64,000 nucleotides of DNA from a virus, in the IMG/VR virus record IMGVR_UViG_3300027759_000003, positions 45,758 to 109,757 of that record; one strand, given 5' to 3'. Within the stretch, counting starts at the first letter, position 1, and each line of letters starts with the position of its first letter. Under the pieces are notes generated by a model that saw only the letters and a program-made list of their open reading frames with translations, had not been told where the DNA came from and searched no databases. A program made the position numbers and the translations under genes. Of this stretch, positions 46,353 through 55,997 are shown piece after piece.

Positions 46353-46694
46353 ATGGCATTTCCAGGCAGTTATAGTTTTAGTTATTACCGTGGCGACACA
46401 TCTCAATTTGTGGTTCGACCTAAAACAACGGATGGTTCAGCCTTTGATTTAACAGGTTATACTGCCGCTTTTACAATTGCAAATCAATCAGGACCAAGCG
46501 GTACTCAAACTGCTGCTGTTACAGTTGTTAATACAACAACAGACATTGTAACATGCACAATTACTCCAGCAATTGGAAGAACACTTTCAGCAGGAACTTA
46601 TGTCTATGACGTTCAAATTACAAACGGAACACAAATTTATACACTACTTGCTGGATCAATTACAGTAACCAATGATATTACTGGTGCAGTATAA
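46353..46694 (+). CDS. Virion structural protein (BppU-N-like)
   Basis: YRGDT, FDLTGY, AGTYVYDVQI. Confidence 0.7.
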   Translation: MAFPGSYSFSYYRGDTSQFVVRPKTTDGSAFDLTGYTAAFTIANQSGPSGTQTAAVTVVNTTTDIVTCTITPAIGRTLSAGTYVYDVQITNGTQIYTLLAGSITVTNDITGAV

Positions 46695-47281
46695 TGCCTG
46701 ATGTTTTATTAAACAATGACGACATTACAGTTCTTGGTCCCCCAGAAGTTGTAGAACTTCTTGTAGATATTGGACCAACAGGAACTCGTGGAAGTCAAAC
46801 ATTTGTTGGAATAGGAGATCCCAACACTATTGAAATTGGACAAACCCCACTACTAAATGATTTATACATTAATACCTCTCCAGGTGCAGATTATGGATAT
46901 TTATATCAATACGTATCTCAACCTGGAGGAAATACCTGGATTGAAGTTTTAGAATTAAATCCAACAATCTATTCAGTTAATCACACAACAACTTATGTCA
47001 ATGGAGTTGCACAGATTGTGATTCCTATTTCAAATATTACCTCTGAAACATCACTAACTGCTAGTAACTTCAGTGTTCAATTTAGTATTGTTAATGATAA
47101 TCCAGTTGCAGCCTCTATGAGCATACCCGCACTTGCTGGAAACAATCAAAATTTAGTTATAAACTTTAAAGCAGTTGAGCATAGAACAGATGTAGATTCT
47201 GGCCCATATGGAGATTGGGCGGTTTTAGAGGGAGAAGTAACAACACATTTATTTATAACAATTTTAGATGAGGAGTCTTAG
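46694..47281 (+). CDS. Virion structural protein
   Basis: GPTGTRGS...GDP...NDLYINT tail-type motif. Confidence 0.7.
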   Translation: MPDVLLNNDDITVLGPPEVVELLVDIGPTGTRGSQTFVGIGDPNTIEIGQTPLLNDLYINTSPGADYGYLYQYVSQPGGNTWIEVLELNPTIYSVNHTTTYVNGVAQIVIPISNITSETSLTASNFSVQFSIVNDNPVAASMSIPALAGNNQNLVINFKAVEHRTDVDSGPYGDWAVLEGEVTTHLFITILDEES

Positions 47282-47318
47282 TCTATATCTTTATGATATA
47301 ATTCTAATGAGGTGATAT

Positions 47319-48047
47319 ATGGCAGCAGAATCAATAGGTACGTTAGTACCAACTAAAATTCCAGGATTATCAGATCCTGCCGACATACAAGCAGCACTGC
47401 GTTTATATCACTATGGAGATTATACATATACTACATCAAACTCTAATACAGCAAACCTTGTAAATCCATCTATTGCTTATACAATTAATAGTTTACAAAG
47501 TCAGATAACTGCAATTGATCTTTCAACTGCACTACTAAAAACAGACTTTGCTGCTAAAGGTGATCTACTTTCTGCTTCAGCAAATGACACATTATCTATT
47601 TTATCTGTTGGAAGTAATGGAACAGTTTTAACAGCCAACTCAGCAACAGCATCAGGTTTAGCCTGGACAACACCAGATGTTACACTTACTAATAGTGCAA
47701 CACTAACTAATAAAACTTTAACTGCTCCAGTTATAAATCTTTCAATTAATCCACAAACAGTTGCCTATGAACTTGTTCTTGCCGATAATGGAAAAATGGT
47801 TGAGGTGTCAAGTGCTTCTGCAGTTACCTTGTCAATTCCAACAAACGCCAACCAAGCATTTGCAACAGGTGCACAAATTACAATTTTACAAACAAGCACG
47901 GGACAGGTAACTATTGCAGCAACTACTCCAGGAACTACAACTGTAAACGGAACTCCAGGATTAAAATTAAGAGCACAATGGTCATCTGCCGTATGTATTA
48001 AACGTGCTACTGACTCTTGGGTTGTTCTTGGAGACTTAGTTGCATAA
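47319..48047 (+). CDS. Fibre protein
   Basis: AKGDLL..VGSNGTVLTA module, TLTNKTLT, C-terminal YELVLAD...WVVLGDL domain. Confidence 0.75.
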   Translation: MAAESIGTLVPTKIPGLSDPADIQAALRLYHYGDYTYTTSNSNTANLVNPSIAYTINSLQSQITAIDLSTALLKTDFAAKGDLLSASANDTLSILSVGSNGTVLTANSATASGLAWTTPDVTLTNSATLTNKTLTAPVINLSINPQTVAYELVLADNGKMVEVSSASAVTLSIPTNANQAFATGAQITILQTSTGQVTIAATTPGTTTVNGTPGLKLRAQWSSAVCIKRATDSWVVLGDLVA

Positions 48048-48622
48048 TGTCAAGACTAGGACCCGTATCATCTTCTGCTGGTCGTAAACCAGGAACACCA
48101 ACAATTGGGTCTGCAACTGCTGGCGATGGTCAAGCAAGTGTAACATTTACAGCACCAACATATTTAGGTAAACCAAATTCTTCTTTAACTTATACAGTAG
48201 TTTCATCTCCTAGTTCAATTTCTAATACTGGATCTGGATCACCAATTACAGTTACTGGATTATCAAATGGAACATCTTATAGTTTTACAGTAAAGTTAAG
48301 TAATACTGTTTTAGATTCTGAGTTTTCATCAGCAAGCAATAACGTTTCTCCAGCAGGAGCAGCACCACCACCCCCACCTCCTCCTCCCCCACCACCCGTA
48401 ACGCCACCACCTGTAACGCCGCCACCTGCGACGCCACCACCTGCGACGCCACCACCTGCGACGCCACCACCTGCGACGCCACCACCTGCGACGCCACCAC
48501 CTGTTCAAAACAAATCTTGTACTACACAAGATGTTATTAATGGTCTATGCTATCCAAGCGGATGTTGTGGTGGTGTTCGTGGAGGACAGTGTGGATATAC
48601 AACAACTTGTAATTATGGATAA
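48047..48622 (+). CDS. FN3 + poly-proline (P11, (A/V)TPPP x7) + Cys-rich tip protein
   Basis: TAATG coupling; FN3 signature; extensin-like repeats; six C-terminal Cys. Confidence 0.85.
   Translation: MSRLGPVSSSAGRKPGTPTIGSATAGDGQASVTFTAPTYLGKPNSSLTYTVVSSPSSISNTGSGSPITVTGLSNGTSYSFTVKLSNTVLDSEFSSASNNVSPAGAAPPPPPPPPPPPVTPPPVTPPPATPPPATPPPATPPPATPPPATPPPVQNKSCTTQDVINGLCYPSGCCGGVRGGQCGYTTTCNYG
48401..48505 (+). repeat. 15-bp tandem repeat x7 (TPPPA/V)
   Basis: ACGCCACCACCTGCG near-identical units. Confidence 0.95.
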
Positions 48623-48655
48623 GATAAGATATACTTTTAATAAGGAGAAAAATAT

Positions 48656-49021
48656 ATGGTAACAGATGCTTCAATTGATTATATTTATAGCCCAGAAATT
48701 CCAGGCATAGGGGTTGCCTTTGTTATTGATAGAGAGGTTTTGTATACTGCTCCAGTCTGGGCTACATTTGGACAAAAATTATTAGACGCTACAGAATTTA
48801 GAGATGTCTCATCTGAATATATAGAACATAATGGTATGACAATAGAAATATTAATAGATGATCAAGTAGTAGAAACATGGCAAACCACAGAGTATGTAGG
48901 TTCAATTTTACTTTCAAATCCATTAATATTAGATTTATCAAAATATGAAAATGGCGGATATGTAGAAGATTTAAAGGCTAGTTTTGACGGTGTAAAATTT
49001 ATTATTAAAACAGGGGAATAA
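48656..49021 (+). CDS. Hypothetical protein
   Basis: AAGGAG RBS; AFVIDREV...ILLSNP. Confidence 0.7.
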   Translation: MVTDASIDYIYSPEIPGIGVAFVIDREVLYTAPVWATFGQKLLDATEFRDVSSEYIEHNGMTIEILIDDQVVETWQTTEYVGSILLSNPLILDLSKYENGGYVEDLKASFDGVKFIIKTGE

Positions 49022-49022
49022 T

Positions 49023-49247
49023 ATGAGTAAGTGGTCAGAGTATAAAGAAAAAAATGGATCAACTCCACTGGATTTTTTAAATCCAAGAACTAACCGTGTT
49101 AGTGATGAAGTTGCAAAATCAAGACTTGATATATGCATATCTTGCCCAGAATTAATACAAATTACAAAACAATGTAAAAAATGTAGATGTTTTATGACAG
49201 CAAAAACAAAAATTGAAGCATCCAGATGCCCAATAGGAAAATGGTAA
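49023..49247 (+). CDS. Small Cys-rich (metal-binding) protein
   Basis: RLDICISC...QCKKCRCFM..KT....CPIGKW. Confidence 0.8.
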   Translation: MSKWSEYKEKNGSTPLDFLNPRTNRVSDEVAKSRLDICISCPELIQITKQCKKCRCFMTAKTKIEASRCPIGKW

Positions 49248-50203
49248 TGAATAAGATTTATGTTTCAATAGCATCTTATCGAGATCCATATTTACAAAGT
49301 ACAATAGATTCACTTTTTCTTGAAGCAGATAATCCAGAAAATATAACAGTTGGATGTTTTATACATGCTTTAAAAAATGAAATTAAAGATTTAAGCCTAA
49401 AAAAAACATATAACAATAAAGTTAAATATGAAATTGAGCAGGCTGGTACAGTTTTTAGCGTTACCGCTTGTAGAAATCGTTGTTTAAAATGGCTTGACAG
49501 TACTTATAAATACACCTTACAAGTAGACTCTCATTCAAGATTTGATAAAGGATGGGATACAAAATTAATTAATATTATAGAGTCTACAGGTGATAATAAA
49601 GCAATACTTAGCGGTGCGTTACCAGTTTTTGATATTTTAGAAGATGGCACAGAAGAAAAAAAACAACAAGATTATCCAGTTTCATTTACTGTGCATACTG
49701 ACACAACCAAAGAGAATATTTTGCATTCCTACGACCTATCTCCAAGGGGAATAGTTTTACAAACACTTGAAAACAAGGAATACGCTATTGATTGGTATTT
49801 AACTGGACATTTTATTTTTTCTTTAAGTGATTATTTTAAAAAAATTCCACAACCAGACTGGGTTTTATTTTGGGGAGAAGAAGTTTTAAACGGTGTTAGA
49901 GCCTTTACTGCTGGATATAACGTTTATATTCCAAAAAATGTACCAATTTATCATTTGTATTCTGATAGAATAAAAAGACCAAGATTAGTTCAAGATTTTC
50001 CAGAAAAATATTTTTTATTAAGAGACTATACAACAGACAGAATTATTGATATACTAATAGGTAAAGATATTAAAGAAAATGATATTTTTTATGAAAGAAG
50101 TATAGAAAGTTTTTATAACTACGTTGGTTATAATTTAGGAGAATTATTTGATTCTTGGAGAAATTGGAGAAAAGAGTTAATTGATAAGGGGAGAAATGAA
50201 TAA
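49247..50203 (+). CDS. GT60-like polypeptide GlcNAc-transferase (Skp1 hydroxyproline Gnt1-like)
   Basis: IYVSIASYRDP, LQVDSHSRFDKGWD, FWGEE, RAFTAGY, IYHLY motifs. Confidence 0.82.
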   Translation: MNKIYVSIASYRDPYLQSTIDSLFLEADNPENITVGCFIHALKNEIKDLSLKKTYNNKVKYEIEQAGTVFSVTACRNRCLKWLDSTYKYTLQVDSHSRFDKGWDTKLINIIESTGDNKAILSGALPVFDILEDGTEEKKQQDYPVSFTVHTDTTKENILHSYDLSPRGIVLQTLENKEYAIDWYLTGHFIFSLSDYFKKIPQPDWVLFWGEEVLNGVRAFTAGYNVYIPKNVPIYHLYSDRIKRPRLVQDFPEKYFLLRDYTTDRIIDILIGKDIKENDIFYERSIESFYNYVGYNLGELFDSWRNWRKELIDKGRNE

Positions 50204-50750
50204 AGCAAAAACGTTTAAAAATTTTATTTTAAAAAAAGATTGTGAATATTTAATAAATAAAATTAAAGATTCGTCTTTATGGGAAAGTGGAGGTTCTGGA
50301 TTTTGGGACAACCGTGTAATTAATTATAGTAAGTTATTAACTTATGATAAAGTTGCAGCAGAAATTATGAAAGATGCAAATTTAAGGTGTGCTGCAAAAA
50401 TTAAAGAAGAATATAATATAGATAAACCAGTGTACTCTGATACCTTGCAGGCAATTCGTTGGTTTCCAGAAATGGAACAAACTCCACATGCAGACGATAT
50501 GACAAATACAGACATAAAGGGTTTTGAGCATAGGGTTTTTGGATCTATTATATATCTTAATGATGACTATGAGGGCGGACATACTTATTATCCAAACTAT
50601 AATTTTGAAATAACTCCAGAGGCTGGTAAATTAGCAATACATCCAGGAGATCCAGAGCATTTGCATGGAGTTACTAAAATTAAAAATAACATTAGATATA
50701 CTATTGCCTCATTTTGGACATTTGAAAAAAATCTAAGTTATGTCTGGTAA
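50196..50750 (+). CDS. 2OG-Fe(II) oxygenase (prolyl-4-hydroxylase-like)
   Basis: HAD...YLNDDYEGG...HGV...RYT facial triad and 2OG-binding Arg. Confidence 0.9.
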   Translation: MNKAKTFKNFILKKDCEYLINKIKDSSLWESGGSGFWDNRVINYSKLLTYDKVAAEIMKDANLRCAAKIKEEYNIDKPVYSDTLQAIRWFPEMEQTPHADDMTNTDIKGFEHRVFGSIIYLNDDYEGGHTYYPNYNFEITPEAGKLAIHPGDPEHLHGVTKIKNNIRYTIASFWTFEKNLSYVW

Positions 50751-51492
50751 TTATTTAAATAATTCTGGATTTGAAATTCCAGAAAATAAAATTGCTATAG
50801 TTCCACATTCACTAGATAATGATGGTTGGTATAAAGAAGTTATCAAACCATTAAAGGGTGAAACCAAAAGAGATTGGTTTAATTCTCATTTTTATTATTG
50901 TTTACCACTTACTATTGGAAATCAATACGGATTTGTAATTAATTCACTTAGAGACTTTGAGGTGTCTTGGGACGGTACAGATTCAGACGCTATGATTAAT
51001 TTTTTAAATAATGATAATCAAGAAAAACAAATAATTAAAAATGGTTTTGGCAAAGGCATTGTAACAATACAAAATCTATTTGCATTAAAGACTCCAATTG
51101 GTATTAATATAATGACTATACAACCACCAAACCTTTTTATACCTGGATGTTCTGCCATGACTGGGGTAATAGAAACAGACCAAATAAGAAGAGACTTTAC
51201 GTTTAACTTTAAAATCACAATTCCAAACCAAAAAATAACAATAAAAAAGGGTGATGCAATAGGAGCATTTATTCCTATTCCAAGATACTTTGTAGATAAC
51301 TTTGAAGTAGAACTGGTTAGTAATTTATTTGATAAACAATTACATATTAATGAAATTGAAGAAATGAATAATCTTTCAAAAGAAAGAGGTGGGGTAGACA
51401 GGCTTAAACCACACCAGTCTGGAAGAAGGTATTTTAATGGTATTCATACCGATAGTAACAAATATCCAGACCACCAAAAGCGGGTACATTAA
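50740..51492 (+). CDS. DUF6065-like (dUTPase-fold-related) protein
   Basis: KRDW...CLPLTIGNQYG, PPN, GVIETD, FTFNFKI, FIPIPR. Confidence 0.7.
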   Translation: MSGNYLNNSGFEIPENKIAIVPHSLDNDGWYKEVIKPLKGETKRDWFNSHFYYCLPLTIGNQYGFVINSLRDFEVSWDGTDSDAMINFLNNDNQEKQIIKNGFGKGIVTIQNLFALKTPIGINIMTIQPPNLFIPGCSAMTGVIETDQIRRDFTFNFKITIPNQKITIKKGDAIGAFIPIPRYFVDNFEVELVSNLFDKQLHINEIEEMNNLSKERGGVDRLKPHQSGRRYFNGIHTDSNKYPDHQKRVH

Positions 51493-51541
51493 ATAAAATA
51501 ATGCTATAATAGGTCTAAGTCTATTTATAGGAGGCAATACC

Positions 51542-51871
51542 ATGGCTACTACTTACAAGGTTTTGGCACAGTCCAACCCTTCAGCAACTACAGCAACTAC
51601 GCTTTATACAGTACCGTCCTCTACCTCAACGGTAGTATCGACAATCACTGTAGCAAACCTTGCTGGATCTGCTGCAACTTATCGAATTTCTGTTCGTCCT
51701 GCTGGAGAAGGTCAGGCTAACAAGCACTACATTGCATACGATGTAACTGTAGGTGCAAACGATACAACTACTCTAACACTTGGATTAACATTAGCAACAA
51801 CAGATGTTATTACAATTTACGCTTCAACCTCAACACTAGCATTTAACGTATACGGCAGCGAAATAGCCTAG
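51542..51871 (+). CDS. Small virion adaptor protein
   Basis: YKVLAQ..PSATT..TLYTVP, ending FNVYGSEI; heads the Gly-rich array. Confidence 0.75.
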   Translation: MATTYKVLAQSNPSATTATTLYTVPSSTSTVVSTITVANLAGSAATYRISVRPAGEGQANKHYIAYDVTVGANDTTTLTLGLTLATTDVITIYASTSTLAFNVYGSEIA

Positions 51872-51890
51872 TTTTAGGAGGGTAGTCGAA

Positions 51891-53105
51891 GTGTCAACCA
51901 AAAGACTATCGGATAAAACTAGTCTAGTTAATAGTTTTAGAATGGGTATGGGGGCGTCTAGTGCTGCCATACCTGATACCCCGACAATTGGCACCGCTAC
52001 AAAAACTGGTGGAACAGGCGCTACTGTTACTTATACCGCTGCAACTTTAGGAGCAAATGCTTCTTCCTTTACAGCAACTTCAAATCCAGGATCTTTAACA
52101 GGAACTGGATCTTCACCAATTACTATTAATGGATTAACTCCAGCAACAAATTATACTTTTACCGTTACTGCTACAAATTCAAATGGAACATCTGCAGCAA
52201 GTTCTGCAAGTAATGAAATTACTACAGATGCACTAGTATCAGTTTCTTACTTAGTTCTTGCTGGTGGTGGCGGCGGTGGACAAGGTGGCGGCGCTGGCGG
52301 CGGAGGTGGAGGAGCAGGTGGATATCGTACAAATTTTGAAGGAACATCTTTATCATTACTTTTATCAACTAACTATTCTGTAACTATTGGCGGAGGTGGT
52401 GTTGGAACTGCATATCCAAATCCTCAAAATTCTGGAACTAATTCTTCATTTTCTACTATTTCTGCAACGGGTGGCGGAGGAGGCGGAGGAGAAAGTTTAT
52501 CTGGTAATGGTGGAGGTGCTGCATTTAGAATTGGATCAACTGGTGGCTCTGGAGGTGGATCTAAGGGAGAGCAAGGAGTTGCAGATGGTGGTATTGCTAG
52601 TCGTGTAGGTGGAACTGGTAATGCTGGTGGATACTCTCCAGTAGAAGGTTATAATGGTGGTGTAATGATTGGAACTCCCCAGCCCAATGGTTCAGGTGGT
52701 GGAGGTGCTGGAGGGACAGGCGGTTCAAATAATAACTCAATTGGTGGCGCAGGCGGAGGCGGGGCTTCTAATTCAATTACTGGTTCGTCAGTAACCTATG
52801 GCGGAGGCGGAGGTGGTGCTGGATACTTTACTACAGGAGGTGCTGGAGGTAGTGGAGGTGGAGGTAGAGGTCAACAAAGAGATGGTCTTGCTGGAACTGC
52901 TGGTGAATCAAATAAAGGTGCTGGCGGTGGAGGTGCTACCAATATTACATCTTATAATGGTGGATCAGGAGTTGTAATTCTTAGATATCCAAATACATAT
53001 ACAATTTCAAATCCTGGTGGAGGATTATCAATGTCAACAAACACAGTTTCTACAGACAAAGTAACCACAATTACTGCGGGTACTGGAAACGTAAGTTTTG
53101 CATAA
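51891..53105 (+). CDS. FN3 + glycine-rich-domain adhesin (triad B, member 1)
   Basis: SAAIPDTPTIGTAT-FN3-Gly-rich. Confidence 0.85.
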   Translation: MSTKRLSDKTSLVNSFRMGMGASSAAIPDTPTIGTATKTGGTGATVTYTAATLGANASSFTATSNPGSLTGTGSSPITINGLTPATNYTFTVTATNSNGTSAASSASNEITTDALVSVSYLVLAGGGGGGQGGGAGGGGGGAGGYRTNFEGTSLSLLLSTNYSVTIGGGGVGTAYPNPQNSGTNSSFSTISATGGGGGGGESLSGNGGGAAFRIGSTGGSGGGSKGEQGVADGGIASRVGGTGNAGGYSPVEGYNGGVMIGTPQPNGSGGGGAGGTGGSNNNSIGGAGGGGASNSITGSSVTYGGGGGGAGYFTTGGAGGSGGGGRGQQRDGLAGTAGESNKGAGGGGATNITSYNGGSGVVILRYPNTYTISNPGGGLSMSTNTVSTDKVTTITAGTGNVSFA

Positions 53106-54343
53106 TGGCAAATAAAAGTATAAAAACAGGATCATCAATAATTGTTAGTAAATCTATTGCAGTAGGTAATACATCTGCCGCTATTCCAAATGCTCCAACT
53201 ATTGGCACTGCTACTAAGACAGGAATAACAACTGCAACTGTTACTTATACCGCTGCAGTTTTAGGTGCAACTGGCACAACTTTTACTGCTACATCAAATC
53301 CAAGTTCTATTACAGGAACTGGCTCTTCACCAATTACTATTAATGGATTAACTCCAGCAACAAATTATACTTTTACCGTTACTGCCACAAACTCTAATGG
53401 AACATCAACAGCCTCTGCTGCAAGTAATTCAATTACTACTGATGCTCAACCAATACTTTCAAGTGTTGATTATCTTGTTGTTGCAGGTGGCGGTGGCGGT
53501 GGTGGAGTAGGACAAACCGCAGGTGGAGGCGGAGGCGGAGGTGGAGGATTTAAAACTTCTACTAATTTTTCCATTAGTGGCTCTTTCACAGTAACAGTTG
53601 GTGCTGGCGGTGCAGGTGGTGCCGCAGGTAATAGTCATCCAGGTTCAAATGGTGGTAATAGTGTTTTCTCTACCATTACATCAACTGGTGGTGGTGGTGG
53701 TGGTTCGTATTCTAGTCAAAGTGCTGGTTTATCTGGTGGTTCAGGTGGTGGAGGAACTATTGGCGAAAGTGGTGGTGCTGCTTCTCCTGCTGGTCAAGGT
53801 AATGCTGGTGGAAACGCAAATGCAGGTAATGAAGGACAATTTCAACAAGGTGCTGGCGGCGGCGGTGCTGGTAGCGCAGGTGAAAATGTTGGAACAAATG
53901 GCGATACAACTGCTGGTGGAACAGGCGGATCTGGCTTAAGTAATTCATACTCAGGAAGTGCTGTTACCTATGCTGGCGGCGGCGGCGGCGGTGGTGGATA
54001 CTATAACGTATTTACTGCAGGACTTGGACAAGATGGTGGCGCTAATGGAACTGCTGGTTCAAGTTCAGGCTCAACAGATACCCCAACCAATGCGGTAGTA
54101 AATCGAGGCGGCGGAGGTGGTGGTGCTGGTGGTGATACTAATGGTGGTGGTGGTTACCCAAATACACCAGGAGGCAATGGCGGCTCAGGTGTTGTTATAT
54201 TGCGTTATGCAGATAATTATGCTGATTTAACTTCTATTAGTGGAAGTTTAGTTAAAACAGGTGGTGGAACAACGCCAACAACAACAACAGGTGGTTACAA
54301 AATTTATGTATTTACAGCAGGAACAGGAACGGTGACTATCTAA
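53105..54343 (+). CDS. FN3 + glycine-rich-domain adhesin (triad B, member 2)
   Basis: TAATG coupling; same architecture. Confidence 0.85.
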   Translation: MANKSIKTGSSIIVSKSIAVGNTSAAIPNAPTIGTATKTGITTATVTYTAAVLGATGTTFTATSNPSSITGTGSSPITINGLTPATNYTFTVTATNSNGTSTASAASNSITTDAQPILSSVDYLVVAGGGGGGGVGQTAGGGGGGGGGFKTSTNFSISGSFTVTVGAGGAGGAAGNSHPGSNGGNSVFSTITSTGGGGGGSYSSQSAGLSGGSGGGGTIGESGGAASPAGQGNAGGNANAGNEGQFQQGAGGGGAGSAGENVGTNGDTTAGGTGGSGLSNSYSGSAVTYAGGGGGGGGYYNVFTAGLGQDGGANGTAGSSSGSTDTPTNAVVNRGGGGGGAGGDTNGGGGYPNTPGGNGGSGVVILRYADNYADLTSISGSLVKTGGGTTPTTTTGGYKIYVFTAGTGTVTI

Positions 54344-55539
54344 TGTCAGTTAAAAGATTCTCAGACGACTCAAGTATAAAGAATACTTATAAATTAGGTA
54401 GAGGTGCAACTAGTGCCGCTATTCCAAATACCCCGACTATTGGTGCTGCTACTGCAGTTAACGATGTTTCTGCTACCGTTGCCTATACCGCTGCAGTCTT
54501 AGGTGCTAATGGTGTTACCTTTACAGCAACATCTACTCCTGGTTCTATTACTGGTTCTAGTTCTACTTCACCAATTACAGTGTCAGGATTAACAGCATCA
54601 ACAAATTATACATTTACAGTAAAGGCAAATAATGCTAATGGTAATTCTCCTAACTCAGAAGCAAGTAATCAAATTACTACTGCGCCACCAATAGTTTATT
54701 TTGATGTTGATTATTTAGTTATTGCAGGCGGCGGTGGCGGCGGATTTAATGCAGGAGGTGGTGGTGGTGCAGGTGGATTTAGAACAAGCGCTGGAACGCA
54801 AGGTGGTGGAGGCGGTGGTGCTTCAGCATTAAATCTTGATACAGCAACAAATTACACAGTTACTGTTGGTGGTGGTGGTGCTGGTGCAACCAGCAATGCG
54901 TTAGGTAGTAGTGGTGTTAATTCTGTATTCTCAACTATTACATCAACAGGTGGCGGAGGCGGTGGTAGTCGCAGTTCTAATAAAACTGGTGGTACTGGTG
55001 GTTCTGGTGGTGGTGGTGCAAATGATTTAGGTAGTGGTGGTTCTAGAACTAGTAGCCCAGTACAAGGAAACAATGGTGGTGCTAATGTTGGCGATTCAAC
55101 TGGCGCAGGCGGAGGCGGCGCTGGTGGCGCTGGAGGTACTGGCGGTGCTGGTAACCCAGGAACAGGCGGCGCAGGTCTTGCTTCAAGCATTACTGGCAGT
55201 TCTGTTACTCGTGCTGGCGGCGGCGGCGGTGGTTATAGAGTTGGCGCTGCAAATGGTGGTACTGGCGGTGGTGGTGCAGGTTCACTTGGTGGCAGTAATA
55301 CCCAACCAGCGGTTGCGGGTAATGCAAACACAGGCTCTGGCGGCGGTGGTGGTAACAATGCTACAGATAATGCTGCTGGAAATGGTGCTAGCGGTGGGTC
55401 AGGTGTCGTAATTTTAAGATACCCAGATTCACGCACAATTACATTTGGCGCAGGAGTTACAGGAACTGAAAGTGGAGCAAGCGGTGGATACAAAAGAGCC
55501 ACAATAACAGAGGGTACTGGAAACGTAAGTTGGACATAA
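54343..55539 (+). CDS. FN3 + glycine-rich-domain adhesin (triad B, member 3)
   Basis: TAATG coupling; same architecture. Confidence 0.85.
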   Translation: MSVKRFSDDSSIKNTYKLGRGATSAAIPNTPTIGAATAVNDVSATVAYTAAVLGANGVTFTATSTPGSITGSSSTSPITVSGLTASTNYTFTVKANNANGNSPNSEASNQITTAPPIVYFDVDYLVIAGGGGGGFNAGGGGGAGGFRTSAGTQGGGGGGASALNLDTATNYTVTVGGGGAGATSNALGSSGVNSVFSTITSTGGGGGGSRSSNKTGGTGGSGGGGANDLGSGGSRTSSPVQGNNGGANVGDSTGAGGGGAGGAGGTGGAGNPGTGGAGLASSITGSSVTRAGGGGGGYRVGAANGGTGGGGAGSLGGSNTQPAVAGNANTGSGGGGGNNATDNAAGNGASGGSGVVILRYPDSRTITFGAGVTGTESGASGGYKRATITEGTGNVSWT

Positions 55540-55589
55540 ACCATTAAACAAATAATGGTAGAATATACTATAGCGAAAGGAAATACAAC

Positions 55590-55940
55590 ATGGCACATTA
55601 TGCATTTTTAGATGACAACAACATTGTTACCGAAGTTATCACGGGTATCGATGAAACAGAATTAATTGAAGGATTAGATCCTGAAACATGGTACGGTAAC
55701 TTTAGAGGTCAAACCTGTAAACGTACTAGTTATAACAACAACATAAGAAAACAATACGCAGGTATTGGTTATACTTATAATGCAGAGGAAGATGTTTTTA
55801 TCTCCCCGCAACCTTTTGCATCTTGGTCATTAGATGCTAACTTTGATTGGCAAGCACCAACTCCAATGCCTGTAGAAGAAGGTAAGTTTTATCGTTGGTC
55901 AGAAGATGATTTAAGTTGGGTTGAGATACCAGTAGAGTAA
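55590..55940 (+). CDS. Small fibre-associated protein (MAHYA family)
   Basis: Paralog of 25099-25440. Confidence 0.8.
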   Translation: MAHYAFLDDNNIVTEVITGIDETELIEGLDPETWYGNFRGQTCKRTSYNNNIRKQYAGIGYTYNAEEDVFISPQPFASWSLDANFDWQAPTPMPVEEGKFYRWSEDDLSWVEIPVE

Positions 55941-55997
55941 GGTTTTGCATTAAAAAAATGGTATAATTCATAATATACCTATTGAAAGGCAATACAA

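Noticed and set aside
22204-55598. Many alternate-frame and antisense ORFs inside the glycine-rich genes (Val-rich, Pro-rich, His-rich)
   Set aside because: Shadows of GGT/GGC repeats; no RBS or independent signal
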